From Bacteroidota bacterium (lineage in GTDB: Bacteria > Bacteroidota > Ignavibacteria > SZUA-365), in contig JAVFAS010000007.1 in assembly GCA_034002405.1 (NCBI GenBank), positions 4,015 through 68,014 on the forward strand: a stretch of DNA of 64,000 nt, in the 5' to 3' direction. The position numbers and the translations under genes were made by a program. Under the pieces are notes generated by a model that worked only from the letters and a program-made list of their open reading frames with translations, did no database searches and was not told the origin of the DNA. Positions 1 to 10,309 of the stretch are shown in pieces. Positions within the stretch are counted from its first letter, which is position 1. Every line of letters starts with the position of its first letter.

Positions 1-58
1 AATCGGCATGGGAGATCTCCTGTAACGATTCTGTGGGTGTAACGATTCTGTGGGGAAA

Positions 59-274
59 TTACGACTCGGTGGTGTTCGGGGTCTTCATGTCAGGATCGGT
101 TTTCCGGCGCGTCGGCAGCAGCCAGGTGGCGCCGACGATGCCGCCATAGATGACGCTGGTATACCAGTTGCTGGTGATCGGACAGCTGCCGCTGTTACAA
201 CCGATGAAATACCAGTAGGCATAGCCCGCGGCAACGCCGAGAAACACGGGAAGAAGCTTTTTTATGATCGCCAT
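59..274 (-). CDS. small hydrophobic membrane protein (about 71 aa, two predicted TM segments, CNSGSC motif)
   Basis: ORF 59..334, using the internal start MAIIKKLLPVFLGVAAGYAYW. Two hydrophobic stretches. No family recognised. Confidence 0.35.
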   Translation of the reverse strand: MAIIKKLLPVFLGVAAGYAYWYFIGCNSGSCPITSNWYTSVIYGGIVGATWLLPTRRKTDPDMKTPNTTES

Positions 275-334
275 GAACGGTTCCTTTTCGCTACGTCCCT
301 GTATGATGCACGAAACGCTGGTTGGTTGCGGCAC

Positions 335-1510
335 TCAGACCAGCGTGAGCGTGCGCTGCGGTTTCGAAAGGAAACGCGCGCCCGCGGGCGTGACCCAGAC
401 GATTTCCTCGATGGTCGCCACGCCATAGCCCTCGATCGGGAGCCTCGGTTCGATGGTAAACACTTGTCCCGCCTCGATTTTCCCGTATGGCAACCGGCCA
501 TAGCGCTCCCAACGCGGGAGGAGTCCCACGCCGCCGTCATGCGCGGCGCGGCCGACCTGGTGTCCGAGCGCATGCGGGTATTCCGGGTACCCGTTCGCGA
601 CGATATGGTCACGCGCGATGGCGTCGATTTTCCACGACACCGCACCCGGTTGCAGCGCATCCGCCGCGAGGCGGATCGAATCACGGATCACGGTGAACCC
701 CCGCTGCACTTCCTTCGGTGCGCGGGTTTCGCCCGTGCGCCGGATGTACCAGGTACGCTGGAGGTCGGAACAGTAGCCATGCACCTTGACGCCGAAGTCG
801 ATATTGAGGACGTGCCCCGGCGCGATCTTGCGTTTGGTCGGACCATAATGCGCGCCCGCATGCTCCGGACCGGTGAACACGGCGGGACAGTGATCGCGGT
901 CCCACGCCAGTTCCACCCCATGGCGCTTCACCTCGCGAAGGATGAAATTCGCGACATCCTGCTCCGTTTTTCCCGGCGCGAGGAAGCCGGTGACGCGGTC
1001 GTAGATGTCGAGCGTGAGGCGGATCGCCTGCTTGATATACCGGACCTCCTTCTCCGTTTTCCGGCCCCGCAGGGCGGAAAAGACCTCCTGCGACGACACC
1101 AGGCGATGCGCGAACTTCGTCCCTTCCAGCATGCCGGTGAGCAGCAGGTACATCCCGTGGGTCAGGCCATCGGCCATGACGCTGTCGGTGGAGAAATTGA
1201 TGGCGATGCGCCGCGGGTTGATTCTCGTCAGCACGCCCAGCAGTTCTTCACGAATGCCCTGCACATAGGGGATCACCGTGCGGTAGCGCCCGGCGTCACG
1301 GATACCCGCGACATCGAGACTGCCCGCGATGACAATCGTCTCGCCGTCGCGGGTGATGATCCACGCCGTCTGCCAGGTCGCGTGCTGGCCCACCACCATG
1401 TCGATCGCCGGATCGGGCATCGTCGCGCTCTCGCGCACGAAGGTGATCCACATATCGATGTTCTTCTCGCGGAGGATGTCAACAGCCTGTTCGATTTTCT
1501 CGGTAATCAT
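335..1510 (-). CDS. M24 family metallopeptidase (Xaa-Pro aminopeptidase/creatinase-like)
   Basis: ORF 335..1615 trimmed to the internal start MITEKIEQAVDILREK (the CAT triplet at 1508-1510). N-terminal creatinase-like domain plus the pita-bread fold. The HALGHQVG and EPRLPIEGYG segments are typical of M24B. Confidence 0.75.
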   Translation of the reverse strand: MITEKIEQAVDILREKNIDMWITFVRESATMPDPAIDMVVGQHATWQTAWIITRDGETIVIAGSLDVAGIRDAGRYRTVIPYVQGIREELLGVLTRINPRRIAINFSTDSVMADGLTHGMYLLLTGMLEGTKFAHRLVSSQEVFSALRGRKTEKEVRYIKQAIRLTLDIYDRVTGFLAPGKTEQDVANFILREVKRHGVELAWDRDHCPAVFTGPEHAGAHYGPTKRKIAPGHVLNIDFGVKVHGYCSDLQRTWYIRRTGETRAPKEVQRGFTVIRDSIRLAADALQPGAVSWKIDAIARDHIVANGYPEYPHALGHQVGRAAHDGGVGLLPRWERYGRLPYGKIEAGQVFTIEPRLPIEGYGVATIEEIVWVTPAGARFLSKPQRTLTLV

Positions 1511-1691
1511 GGGAGTGTCCTGCGATTGTTCGGATCGGGGAAGATACGGCGCACCGCCGAATGATGCACGGCCATGGATGTCACTCCGCGATGGATGTCG
1601 CATGTTCACCCGCATCGGAGTATATTGTCACCGTTTGCCTCGGCCAGCGCACCGCAACCGCATCTCAGAAGCCGAACGGAGAACAGCGACC

Positions 1692-3062
1692 ATGAACATT
1701 ATCGTGATCGGCGCCGGATTGGTCGGCACCAGTCTTGCCGAGCAGCTTCAGGGACAGGGACACAACGTCACCGTGATCGAGCCGAATCGGGAGCGTTCGG
1801 AGACCTTGCGCGACAAGCTGGATCTCCGCGTGGTCCGCGGTTCGGGCAGCAATCCGCGGGATCTCGAGGATGCCGGCCTCGACGGCGCGCAGATGCTCAT
1901 TGCCGCGACCCCCGTCGACGAGGTGAATTTGATCGCGTGCATGATCGCGCAGCAATATGACGTGACGCACCGGATCGCGCGGATACGAAACGCCGATTTC
2001 GCGCGACTGCAGCCGGAGTTGTTCGGCGTCACGCAAGTCATCTATCCCGAGGAGAACACGCTTTCGGCGGTGATCAATCTCATCGAGACCCCGCATGCGA
2101 TCGACGCGCAGGATTTCGCGCAGCGCGGTGTCCTGCTCCGCAGCTATCTGATCACCGCCGGCATGCCCATCGCCAACCGTCATCTGGCCGAATTGCGCAC
2201 CGACCCGCGAGGCGAACGCCTGCTCGTGGTCGCCATCATCCGCGAGGGTGTCGTGCATATTCCGCGGGGTGACGACACGATTCTCCCCGGCGACAAGCCG
2301 CTGTTCGTCTTTCCGCGTGAAGCGCTGGCGGACGTCCTGTGGCTCGTGAGCATCGATGCATCGGCCAAACGGAAGGTGATCGTCTACGGCGACACGCACA
2401 CCGCGATCAACATCGCCCAGGCAATCCGCCGCGTGGTCGAGAGCGTGACATTCATCGATCCGGATCTTGAACACGGAAACATCGCGGCCTCGAGGTTGCA
2501 GGGAATCGATGTGCTGCATGGGCGTGGTGATGATGCCGACGTGCTGAACGAGGCGAACGTCCGCTACGCCGATTTCTTCATCGCCGCGGCGGAGCACAAC
2601 GACGAAAACGTACTTTCATGCCTCCTCGCGAAATCGGAGGGTGCGCGCGAAGTGATCGCCATCGTCACCGACGACCAGCACACCGACCTGTTTCTTTCCA
2701 TTGGCATCGATCACATCATCAATCCCCGGCAACAGACCGCCAACGGCATCCTCAACTCGATCTTCCCGGGGTATGTCAGCGCGGCATTGCACATTCAGAA
2801 ATCGGACATCGATGTCCTGCGTCTGCGGGTGACCGCACACGCCCCGGTGGCCGGCCGCGCGCTCAAGGACAGCTGGAAACGCGTGCTCGGCGTCTCGATC
2901 GTGGGTGCCGTGCTGCGTGACGGTGCGATGATCGTCCCGACCGGCAACACGGTGTTGCACCCCGACGACATCGTCATCGTCTTCACACGGGCAGCGGGCA
3001 TCCGCAAGGTGCGCAAGCTCTTCGGCGCCAGCGATCCGATCGGGATATCGGGCCATGCATAA
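1692..3062 (+). CDS. trkA: Trk potassium uptake system NAD-binding subunit TrkA
   Basis: MNIIVIGAGLVGTSLAEQL Rossmann motif. Two RCK_N/RCK_C halves, 456 aa. The stop overlaps the trkH start (ATGCATAA). Confidence 0.85.
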   Translation: MNIIVIGAGLVGTSLAEQLQGQGHNVTVIEPNRERSETLRDKLDLRVVRGSGSNPRDLEDAGLDGAQMLIAATPVDEVNLIACMIAQQYDVTHRIARIRNADFARLQPELFGVTQVIYPEENTLSAVINLIETPHAIDAQDFAQRGVLLRSYLITAGMPIANRHLAELRTDPRGERLLVVAIIREGVVHIPRGDDTILPGDKPLFVFPREALADVLWLVSIDASAKRKVIVYGDTHTAINIAQAIRRVVESVTFIDPDLEHGNIAASRLQGIDVLHGRGDDADVLNEANVRYADFFIAAAEHNDENVLSCLLAKSEGAREVIAIVTDDQHTDLFLSIGIDHIINPRQQTANGILNSIFPGYVSAALHIQKSDIDVLRLRVTAHAPVAGRALKDSWKRVLGVSIVGAVLRDGAMIVPTGNTVLHPDDIVIVFTRAAGIRKVRKLFGASDPIGISGHA

Positions 3063-4653
3063 ACGCACCGTCCTGTATGGCGTCGCGCGGCTGCTGCAGG
3101 TCATGGGCCTGGCGTTGACGGTTCCCGCCGCCATCGCGTGGTTCGACACACCGGGATCCGACGCAATGGCACGACTGTCGCACCCCGCGTTTTCAGGCTT
3201 CTGGATCGCCATTCTCGCCGCCCTGCTCTTCGGCAGCGCCATCGCGGCCGCGCTGCGTCGAAGCAGCACGGCGCAGAACGTGCGCGAGGGCTTCGCGATC
3301 GTGACCTTGGGGTGGATGGTGCTCGCGGTCTTCGGCGCCATTCCGTTCGCGGTCTGGTTCGCCGCCGGCATGGGGGACCTCACCGTCTCCGGTCTCTTGC
3401 TCGCCTTCACCGACGCCGTGTTCGAGATCATGTCGGGCTTCACCACCACGGGATCGACCATCCTGCGCGACATCGAAGCCGTGCCGCGGGGCCTGTTGTT
3501 CTGGCGCAGTCTCACGCATTGGCTCGGCGGAATGGGAATCGTGACCCTCGCGCTGGTGATCTTCCCCGCGATGGGGGTTTCCGGCTATCATATGTTCAAG
3601 GGCGAGGTGCCCGGTCCGACCACCGAGCGCCTGCAACCGCGGCTCGCGCGGACGGCGACCATCCTCTGGGGCGTGTACGCCCTGCTCACGCTCGTACAGA
3701 CGCTGTTGCTGATGGTGGGAGGAATGGACTGGTTCGATGCGACCTGTCACGCATTCGGGACCATGGCCACCGGCGGATTCAGTACGAAGAATTCATCCGT
3801 GGGATTTTTCGACAGCGAACTCGTACACTGGGTCACCATCGTCTTCATGTTTCTCGCCGGTGTCAATTTCCTGTTGCATTACAACGCGCTGCGCGGAAAT
3901 TTCTCGCTCTTCAAAACGGATAGGGAATTCCGTTTTTATGCCGGCGTCATCATCGCCGCCGTGCTGGTGTCCACGCTGACCCTGCAGATCGAGGGACTGC
4001 CGTCGGCCGAGAGCACGCGCACGCACTTCCGCAACGCCCCGGCCCCCTATGAGGATTTCGTCTCGCACGTCCACCACGAGGGAGAGAAGGTCGCTTCGCT
4101 CTATGGAAGCTTCCGGGAATCGGCGTTCCAGGTCGTGTCGATCGTGACGACCACCGGCTTCGCGACGGCGGATTTCGATCTGTGGCCCAACACGCTGCGG
4201 TTGCTGCTGGTGGTGCTGATGTTCTTCGGCGGCTGCGCCGGTTCGACGGGCGGTGGGATGAAAATGATCCGCGTGATGATCAATCTCAAGGCGGGCTGGC
4301 GTGAGATCATCAAGATGGCGCAGCCACGAATCATTCGACCGATCAAGATCGGCGACGTCCCCGTGGAAGAAGCGCGCGTGGGGAACATCGTCTCGTTCTT
4401 CATCCTGTTCCTCACCCTCACCGTCTTTTCCGCCCTGCTGCTTTCCCTGTTCACGACCGATCTGGTCACGGCCGGCACGGCCGTCGTCGCCTGTCTGGCG
4501 AATGTCGGCCCCGGTCTCGCGGGCGTTGGCGCGATCGAGCATTATGCGTGGATGCCCATTCCGGGGAAATGGATTCTGATTTTCAATATGCTGCTGGGTC
4601 GGCTCGAGATCTTTACCGTGCTCGTGCTGTTCCGGAAAACCATCTGGCGATAA
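3055..4653 (+). CDS. trkH: Trk potassium uptake system membrane subunit TrkH
   Basis: 532 aa polytopic membrane protein. The TTTGFATADF and GGCAGSTGGG selectivity-filter-like segments are characteristic of TrkH/KtrB. Translationally coupled to trkA. Confidence 0.85.
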   Translation: MHKRTVLYGVARLLQVMGLALTVPAAIAWFDTPGSDAMARLSHPAFSGFWIAILAALLFGSAIAAALRRSSTAQNVREGFAIVTLGWMVLAVFGAIPFAVWFAAGMGDLTVSGLLLAFTDAVFEIMSGFTTTGSTILRDIEAVPRGLLFWRSLTHWLGGMGIVTLALVIFPAMGVSGYHMFKGEVPGPTTERLQPRLARTATILWGVYALLTLVQTLLLMVGGMDWFDATCHAFGTMATGGFSTKNSSVGFFDSELVHWVTIVFMFLAGVNFLLHYNALRGNFSLFKTDREFRFYAGVIIAAVLVSTLTLQIEGLPSAESTRTHFRNAPAPYEDFVSHVHHEGEKVASLYGSFRESAFQVVSIVTTTGFATADFDLWPNTLRLLLVVLMFFGGCAGSTGGGMKMIRVMINLKAGWREIIKMAQPRIIRPIKIGDVPVEEARVGNIVSFFILFLTLTVFSALLLSLFTTDLVTAGTAVVACLANVGPGLAGVGAIEHYAWMPIPGKWILIFNMLLGRLEIFTVLVLFRKTIWR

Positions 4654-4754
4654 TCGCCCGGGCGATCATCGTCCGGATGGTGATCATCGTGAGAGGGAAC
4701 ACCATCCGGTCAGGGGATGCGGGGGGCGCGTCGTCCCCGCCGCAATCCGCACAC

Positions 4755-5981
4755 TCACGCGTTCTGGAAGCGCTCGTCGAGCCAGTCGAACACCGCCTGA
4801 TTGAGACGGGGGAGATTGCTGAAATAGTGATGCGCATCGGTCGGGTGGATGCCGGGCAGGTGGACTTCCGACTTGTCGGTGGCGCGAATGCCGGAGAAGA
4901 ACAGGTCGCCCTGCCGTTTCAGCTCCGCATGCGCGGCCTCGCTGCGCACCGACAGGACGGGACAATGGACACGGTAGAGAAGGTCCCGGACCGTGTAGGG
5001 TTCGGTTTCCTGGAGCAGGGCCTGCAGCCGCGTCACGCCGAGGCGGCGGCACATGTTGACGACGAGCAGTTTCACATCGCCGCGCATGAGCGAGGGTGGC
5101 ATCTCGCCGAGTGCCTGCATTTCCACATCGACGATGAGCGCGCGGGGACCGATCATCTCCCGCAGCAGCTGTTGCATTTCGATGAAGGAAGGATTGACGA
5201 TCAGGGCTTTCACGCGCGGGTCGAATGCCGTGACGCGCGTGCAGAAATAGCTTCCGAGGCCGCTTCCGAAGAGCGTGATCCGATCGTGATCGACTTCCGG
5301 ACGGTCGTGAAGGAAATCGAGCGCCACCTGCAGCGGGATCTCGAAGTCGTGACGGAGCCGGGAATCCCTGTCGCCACGCAGTGCACCGGCTTGTCCCGGT
5401 CCCTGGAAAAGCAGCACGTTGTATCCGCGACGCAGCGCGGTCAGGCCGTGACAGAAATACTGTTCTTCCGCGCTGCTCTCGAAGCCGGTGACCAGCATGA
5501 TCGTCGGGCGCGGCGTGCCCGAGTCATCGGGACAGAGGAAATAGGCCGGGTGTGTCTGCTCGTTCTCCGCGATCGTCACGCTCCCGCCGCCCCAGGGAAG
5601 CAGTCGCAGGGCCTGTGCGAAACTCTCTTCGGCCAGACGGCCGAGGCGCTGGTGATCGGCCCCGGAAACGATGGCGTAAAATTCGGCCAGTTGATAGTAA
5701 TTCGCCGCGCGCAGGTAGGCATCCCCGGCACTGGATTCATGCCGGCGCTCGAGCGCGACCTCTCCCAACCGGAACACCTCCGCCGCGACATCGGCCCATT
5801 TCGTGGCCCAGCCGTTCAGATCCCACTGCTCCATGCCCCGAGCGGCGGTCAGACACTCTCCAAGCGTGGATGCGCCATAATACGACATGCCCAGCTGACG
5901 AAAGAGCTTGAATTCAAATTCGGGATGTTCGAGAAGGGAGGTAAACGCGGAATTCGGTCCAAGGTAGCTGTCGAGTTCCAT
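4755..5981 (-). CDS. alpha/beta-hydrolase fold protein (FrsA/DUF1100-like, 408 aa)
   Basis: Pattern of alternating strand and helix segments. The FGSGLGSY elbow region sits in the expected place, followed by Asp and His residues. Family assignment is tentative. Confidence 0.5.
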   Translation of the reverse strand: MELDSYLGPNSAFTSLLEHPEFEFKLFRQLGMSYYGASTLGECLTAARGMEQWDLNGWATKWADVAAEVFRLGEVALERRHESSAGDAYLRAANYYQLAEFYAIVSGADHQRLGRLAEESFAQALRLLPWGGGSVTIAENEQTHPAYFLCPDDSGTPRPTIMLVTGFESSAEEQYFCHGLTALRRGYNVLLFQGPGQAGALRGDRDSRLRHDFEIPLQVALDFLHDRPEVDHDRITLFGSGLGSYFCTRVTAFDPRVKALIVNPSFIEMQQLLREMIGPRALIVDVEMQALGEMPPSLMRGDVKLLVVNMCRRLGVTRLQALLQETEPYTVRDLLYRVHCPVLSVRSEAAHAELKRQGDLFFSGIRATDKSEVHLPGIHPTDAHHYFSNLPRLNQAVFDWLDERFQNA

Positions 5982-6325
5982 ACCGTGACCACGCTGTAGA
6001 AATATCGGTTCTTCGGACTCGGAGAGGTCGCGATTCTATCGAGACAAGAGAGCATTTGATCGCTTCCCATCCCGTAGAACAAAAATCACGCCGAGAGCGT
6101 GAACATGGTTCGGTCAGGAAAAAATGCCCTATTCCATCAAATTCGTGTGAATAATCCGAACAGATGGTGAAGAATGCGCACGGAAGACCGGAGTTCCGTC
6201 GGATATGCGTTCTCCGAATTGCATCGAGGGAAACGCGTGAGAATTTTCCCTGCTCCGGGAGTGCAAGTGACGAAAAAAAATCATATACTGGCGCGAAGTA
6301 CATTTTCGTTTATCGGAGGTCCTCT

Positions 6326-7546
6326 ATGCGCAATTCCGCGACGCTGTTGGCAATTGTGATAGCCATTTCGTGGTCGACACCACTCACCGCGCAGATCATA
6401 TCCGCGGACAACATCATCATTCGCGTGCGACCTGTCTGTAATGAGGGCCAGGGCGGCGCGCTGCTCGCGGCGGTCGAAATGAAGCCGCGCACGAACATGT
6501 GGGCCCCGAACTTCGGCCGCATTGGCGGATTCAGCATCGTCTTCACGTACACGGCCGCGAAACTCGTGCTCCAGGGCGTGGGGCAGCGCTACGAAACCGG
6601 GTATTGGGGAAGTCCCTACCGCAGTCAGGCCTTCGGTTCATCCGCATGGTTCAACCAGCATGCGCATTCCGGCAATCCCAACTCGGCGCTCCCGGTCTCC
6701 GACCAGTATTTCACACCCGCGTTGGATTGTCAGGGACAGCCTCTCAACGATGGGTTCTTCGAGCTCATGTATTACCAGATGACCATCGGCGCCACGGTCA
6801 ACGGCACGGTGAATCTCGGTTTGTATGACGTGCAGGCGTATCAGACCTTCCCGTACCAGCAAAACGTCAACCACACGGCCATCTTCAATGCCGAACTCAC
6901 GCTCAACAACAACGACTCGACCGAACAGGTGATCGATCTGCTCATTCCGGTCGAACTGTCGGCCTTCAACGTGACGGCACGGCCCGATGGGAGCATGCTG
7001 CTGACCTGGCGCACCGAGACCGAGACCTCGAATCTCGGATTCGAGGTCGAACGTGGCGACGGCGAGCATTTCGAGCGCGTCGGATTCGTGGCCGGCCACG
7101 GCACCACCACCGACGCCCACGACTACACGTGGGTGGACCCCGAGCCCACGGCGGCACGCGCGGACAACCTCGTGTATTACCGCCTCAAGCAGATCGACAC
7201 CGATGGCACGTCCGCCTATTCCGCGGCGCAGCCCGGTGAACTCCTTCCCGCGACGTTTGGTTTGGGACAGAGTTATCCGAATCCTGCTTCGGTCGGCACG
7301 GACATCAGCATACCCTACACGCTCGCGGTGCCCGCCACCGTGCATCTCGCCGTGTACAACACCATGGGACAGCTGGTCGCCACGCTTGCCGACGGCATGG
7401 AACGGCAGTCCGGCCGCCATGTGGCCAAATGGAATGTGCAATCCGCCTCGGCCGCGCTTCCGGCCGGTGTGTATTTCGTCCGCTTCGCGGCGGAATTCGG
7501 CGGCGAGCGCGTGAGCGACATGCGCCAGATTTCCATTCTCCGCTGA
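6326..7546 (+). CDS. secreted protein with signal peptide, Fn3-like domain and T9SS type A C-terminal sorting domain
   Basis: GGAGG Shine-Dalgarno 6 nt upstream of the ATG at 6326. Signal peptide MRNSATLLAIVIAISWSTPLTAQ. C-terminal about 80 aa (GQSYPNPASVGTDISIPYTL...VYFVRF) matches the Por/T9SS CTD pattern. Confidence 0.7.
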   Translation: MRNSATLLAIVIAISWSTPLTAQIISADNIIIRVRPVCNEGQGGALLAAVEMKPRTNMWAPNFGRIGGFSIVFTYTAAKLVLQGVGQRYETGYWGSPYRSQAFGSSAWFNQHAHSGNPNSALPVSDQYFTPALDCQGQPLNDGFFELMYYQMTIGATVNGTVNLGLYDVQAYQTFPYQQNVNHTAIFNAELTLNNNDSTEQVIDLLIPVELSAFNVTARPDGSMLLTWRTETETSNLGFEVERGDGEHFERVGFVAGHGTTTDAHDYTWVDPEPTAARADNLVYYRLKQIDTDGTSAYSAAQPGELLPATFGLGQSYPNPASVGTDISIPYTLAVPATVHLAVYNTMGQLVATLADGMERQSGRHVAKWNVQSASAALPAGVYFVRFAAEFGGERVSDMRQISILR

Positions 7547-7583
7547 TCGCGCGCACGCGCGGCTTCCGGGCTTCAGCATCTCC

Positions 7584-7619
7584 AACGGGCCGTCCTTTCG
7601 GATGGCCCGTTCTTTTTTC
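7584..7619 (+). terminator. rho-independent terminator after the T9SS cargo gene
   Basis: Hairpin AACGGGCCGTCC-TTTCG-GATGGCCCGTT followed by TTTTTT. Confidence 0.7.
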
Positions 7620-7686
7620 CCCAGAAGACATTTCGTAAGTTTTGTATTCCGGATACGGAGTACGTTCACTTACGAAGAGTCTGATC

Positions 7687-8985
7687 ATGTCCCATCTCGC
7701 ACACACCGACCCCCGCATTCACGACATCATCAACGAAGAAACAAACCGGCAGATCACCAAGCTGCAGCTGATCGCGTCCGAAAACTATGCCTCCCCGAGC
7801 GTGCTCGAGGCCACGGGCAGCGTGCTGACGAACAAATACGCCGAGGGATATCCCGGCAAGCGATACTACGGCGGTTGCGAATACGTCGACCAGGCCGAGG
7901 ACCTCGCGCGCGAACGGTTGATGCAGCTTTTCGGCGCGGAATACGCCAATGTGCAGCCGCATTCGGGCGCGACCGCGAACCAGGCGGTGTATTTCACCTT
8001 CGTCCAGCCCGGCGACACGGTCATGGGCATGGATCTCGCGCATGGCGGCCACCTCACGCACGGTTCGCCGGTGAACTTTTCGGGCAAGCTCTACAAGATC
8101 ATTCCGTACGGTGTGCACAAGGACACCGGCATGATCGACATGAACCAGGTCGAGGATCTGGCCATGCGCGAGAAACCGAAAATGCTCATCGTCGGTGCGA
8201 GTTCCTACCCGCGCAATATCGACTACAAGGCATTCCGCGCCATCGCGGACAAGGTCGGGGCGATCCTGTGGGCGGATATCGCGCATCCCGCCGGATTGAT
8301 CGCCGCGAAGCTGCTCAACGACCCCATCCCCCATTGTCACGTGGTCACGTCAACGACGCACAAGACCCTGCGCGGTCCGCGCGGCGGCATCATCATGATG
8401 GGCAAGGACTGGGAGAATCCATTCGGAATTGTCGCACCGAAATCCGGCCGCGTGAAGATGATGTCCGAAATCATCGACAGCGTCGTGATGCCCGGAATCC
8501 AGGGCGGTCCGCTCATGCATGTCATCGCGGCGAAGGCCGTCGCCTTCGGCGAGGCGCTGCAGCCGCCCTTCCTGACCTATCAGAAGCAGGTGAAGGCGAA
8601 TGCATCCACGCTCGCCGCGTTGCTGGTCGAACGGGGCTTCCACCTGATTTCAAACGGGACGGACAATCACCTGATGCTCATCGACCTGCACAATAAAAAC
8701 GTGACCGGCAAGGAAGCCGAAAATGCCATGGAGTCGGCCGGTATCACGCTCAACAAGAACATGGTGCCCTTCGACGACCGTTCGCCCTTCGTCACGAGCG
8801 GCATCCGTGTCGGCACGGCCGCCATCACCACGCGCGGTTTCCGCGAAGCGGACATGCAATTCGTCGCGGAGATGATCGACACCGTCATTGGCAATGTCGG
8901 CAACCAGGCCGTGCTCGATGGCGTCCGTGGCTCGGTCAAGGAGTACTGCGCGAAATTCCCGCTCTATACTGAATTGACGGACTGA
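7687..8985 (+). CDS. glyA: serine hydroxymethyltransferase
   Basis: [18 protein letters not shown]...[43 protein letters not shown]-lysine region [12 protein letters not shown]. 432 aa. Confidence 0.95.
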   Translation: MSHLAHTDPRIHDIINEETNRQITKLQLIASENYASPSVLEATGSVLTNKYAEGYPGKRYYGGCEYVDQAEDLARERLMQLFGAEYANVQPHSGATANQAVYFTFVQPGDTVMGMDLAHGGHLTHGSPVNFSGKLYKIIPYGVHKDTGMIDMNQVEDLAMREKPKMLIVGASSYPRNIDYKAFRAIADKVGAILWADIAHPAGLIAAKLLNDPIPHCHVVTSTTHKTLRGPRGGIIMMGKDWENPFGIVAPKSGRVKMMSEIIDSVVMPGIQGGPLMHVIAAKAVAFGEALQPPFLTYQKQVKANASTLAALLVERGFHLISNGTDNHLMLIDLHNKNVTGKEAENAMESAGITLNKNMVPFDDRSPFVTSGIRVGTAAITTRGFREADMQFVAEMIDTVIGNVGNQAVLDGVRGSVKEYCAKFPLYTELTD

Positions 8986-9040
8986 GCAGGAACGACGACC
9001 ACCACGCCCCGCGACGCAGGCGTCGCACGAGCCAGACGAT

Positions 9041-10309
9041 TCATCCACGGCCGCCATCCTCATGGCGGCCGTTTCGTTCCGCGCGATGTCGGGATCGGGA
9101 AGGAAGGGCGCGAAGCAATGCGGCATGGATCCGCGCGTGTTCCTGCCAGGAGAATTGCTCCTGCACGCGTCCCCGCGCTTCGATCGCCTGGCGCTGTAAT
9201 TCCGAGTATCGGAGCTGAATTTCCTCGATTGCGCCCGCGATGGCCCGGGGCGTCCCCGCGGGAATGGGAACGATGGCGGCGCCCATCGCCATGAGATCCG
9301 GCACCACGCCGGCTCGCGCGCCCGCCACGAGCGGGAGTCCCGCGGCGACGGCCTCCAGCGCGACGAGTCCGAACGACTCGTGTTCCGAGGGCTGCACCGC
9401 GGCGTGCATGCTCCCGCGGTGCACCTCCAGTTCCGCCGGCGCGAGCCATCCGGTGAAGCGGACGACCTCATCGATCCGGAGATCGGCGGCGAGCCGTTCG
9501 AGCCCGCGCCGCTGGTACCCATCCCCGGCGATCGTGAGCCGCACCGCCGCGGCGCCCCGCGCACGCAGCAGGGCAACCGCCTCGAGCAGTGGCACGATAT
9601 TCTTCGCGTTCTGGTCCAGCCGCGAGACACAGAGCAACGCGAACGGTGGCGGCGGGGCCGCGGCCGTCGGCGGCGGGCTCCCGGTGATGCCGAGGGGAAT
9701 GCGATGGATCACGCCGTGTGGAAGAAGCGCGCGAAGCGCATGCTCCTGCGTGCCGCACTGCGCCAGCACGGCATCCGCCCCGGCGAGTTGCTCGATGATC
9801 CAGTCGTGCAGCGATCGCTGTCCTTCCGCCGGCATCGGGGCGATGGTTTCATTCTCGTCGATCCACAGCGGGATGCCGCATTGCCGCGCGACGGATCGCG
9901 CCACCGCCGCGGAGGCATGCACGTAATGCACGAGAATGACATCGGGCTGGAATTCCCCGACGTGCCGGACGAGCCACCGGCGCTGCTGCACGCGCAGCAA
10001 CAACGGATTCACCCGCCAGCCCAGCCGGTCGGGTACGGTCAGGCAGCGGCGATGATGAACAATGACGTGTGGAAACGGGGATTCCGTCGCGGGCAATGCG
10101 CTGATGAGACGAAACCATCGACGGTCATAGCCCCCGAGGAGAAGGTTTTTCAGACGGGGAAACAGACGGACGAGCGAGACGACCTCGACATCGGCGACGT
10201 GTCCCAGCGCGGCACAGTGGTCGCGCATCCATGCGGCGGGACTGCGTGCGGCATCGATGGGATAGCGGTCGGTCAGGATGAGCAGACGGGGACGCATGCC
10301 GCCCGTCAC
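9041..10309 (-). CDS. glycosyltransferase family 4 (GT-B fold, RfaG-like)
   Basis: C-terminal EHESFGLVALEAVAAGLPLVA motif (the E-x7-E region of GT4). The start may be the M at 10297. Overlaps the stop of the aroB-aroA gene by 2-4 nt. Confidence 0.7.
   Translation of the reverse strand: MTGGMRPRLLILTDRYPIDAARSPAAWMRDHCAALGHVADVEVVSLVRLFPRLKNLLLGGYDRRWFRLISALPATESPFPHVIVHHRRCLTVPDRLGWRVNPLLLRVQQRRWLVRHVGEFQPDVILVHYVHASAAVARSVARQCGIPLWIDENETIAPMPAEGQRSLHDWIIEQLAGADAVLAQCGTQEHALRALLPHGVIHRIPLGITGSPPPTAAAPPPPFALLCVSRLDQNAKNIVPLLEAVALLRARGAAAVRLTIAGDGYQRRGLERLAADLRIDEVVRFTGWLAPAELEVHRGSMHAAVQPSEHESFGLVALEAVAAGLPLVAGARAGVVPDLMAMGAAIVPIPAGTPRAIAGAIEEIQLRYSELQRQAIEARGRVQEQFSWQEHARIHAALLRALPSRSRHRAERNGRHEDGGRG

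Noticed and set aside
50-1564. 504-aa plus-strand ORF overlapping the M24 peptidase gene
   Set aside because: Arg/Ala/Gly-rich low-complexity translation, typical of antisense frames in 65% GC DNA. The minus-strand frame has clear M24 peptidase motifs.
4548-5999. 483-aa plus-strand ORF opposite the alpha/beta hydrolase
   Set aside because: No domain-like pattern and extreme Arg content. The minus-strand frame gives a coherent hydrolase fold.
5982-6325. AT-richer 345-bp divergent intergenic region, possibly encoding an sRNA or the 129-aa ORF 5914..6303
   Set aside because: The ORF has no domain features and spans the promoter region. It is more simply a bidirectional promoter region. A TAcaTTTT -7-like element sits about 20 nt upstream of the 6326 start. 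There is no structural evidence for an sRNA.
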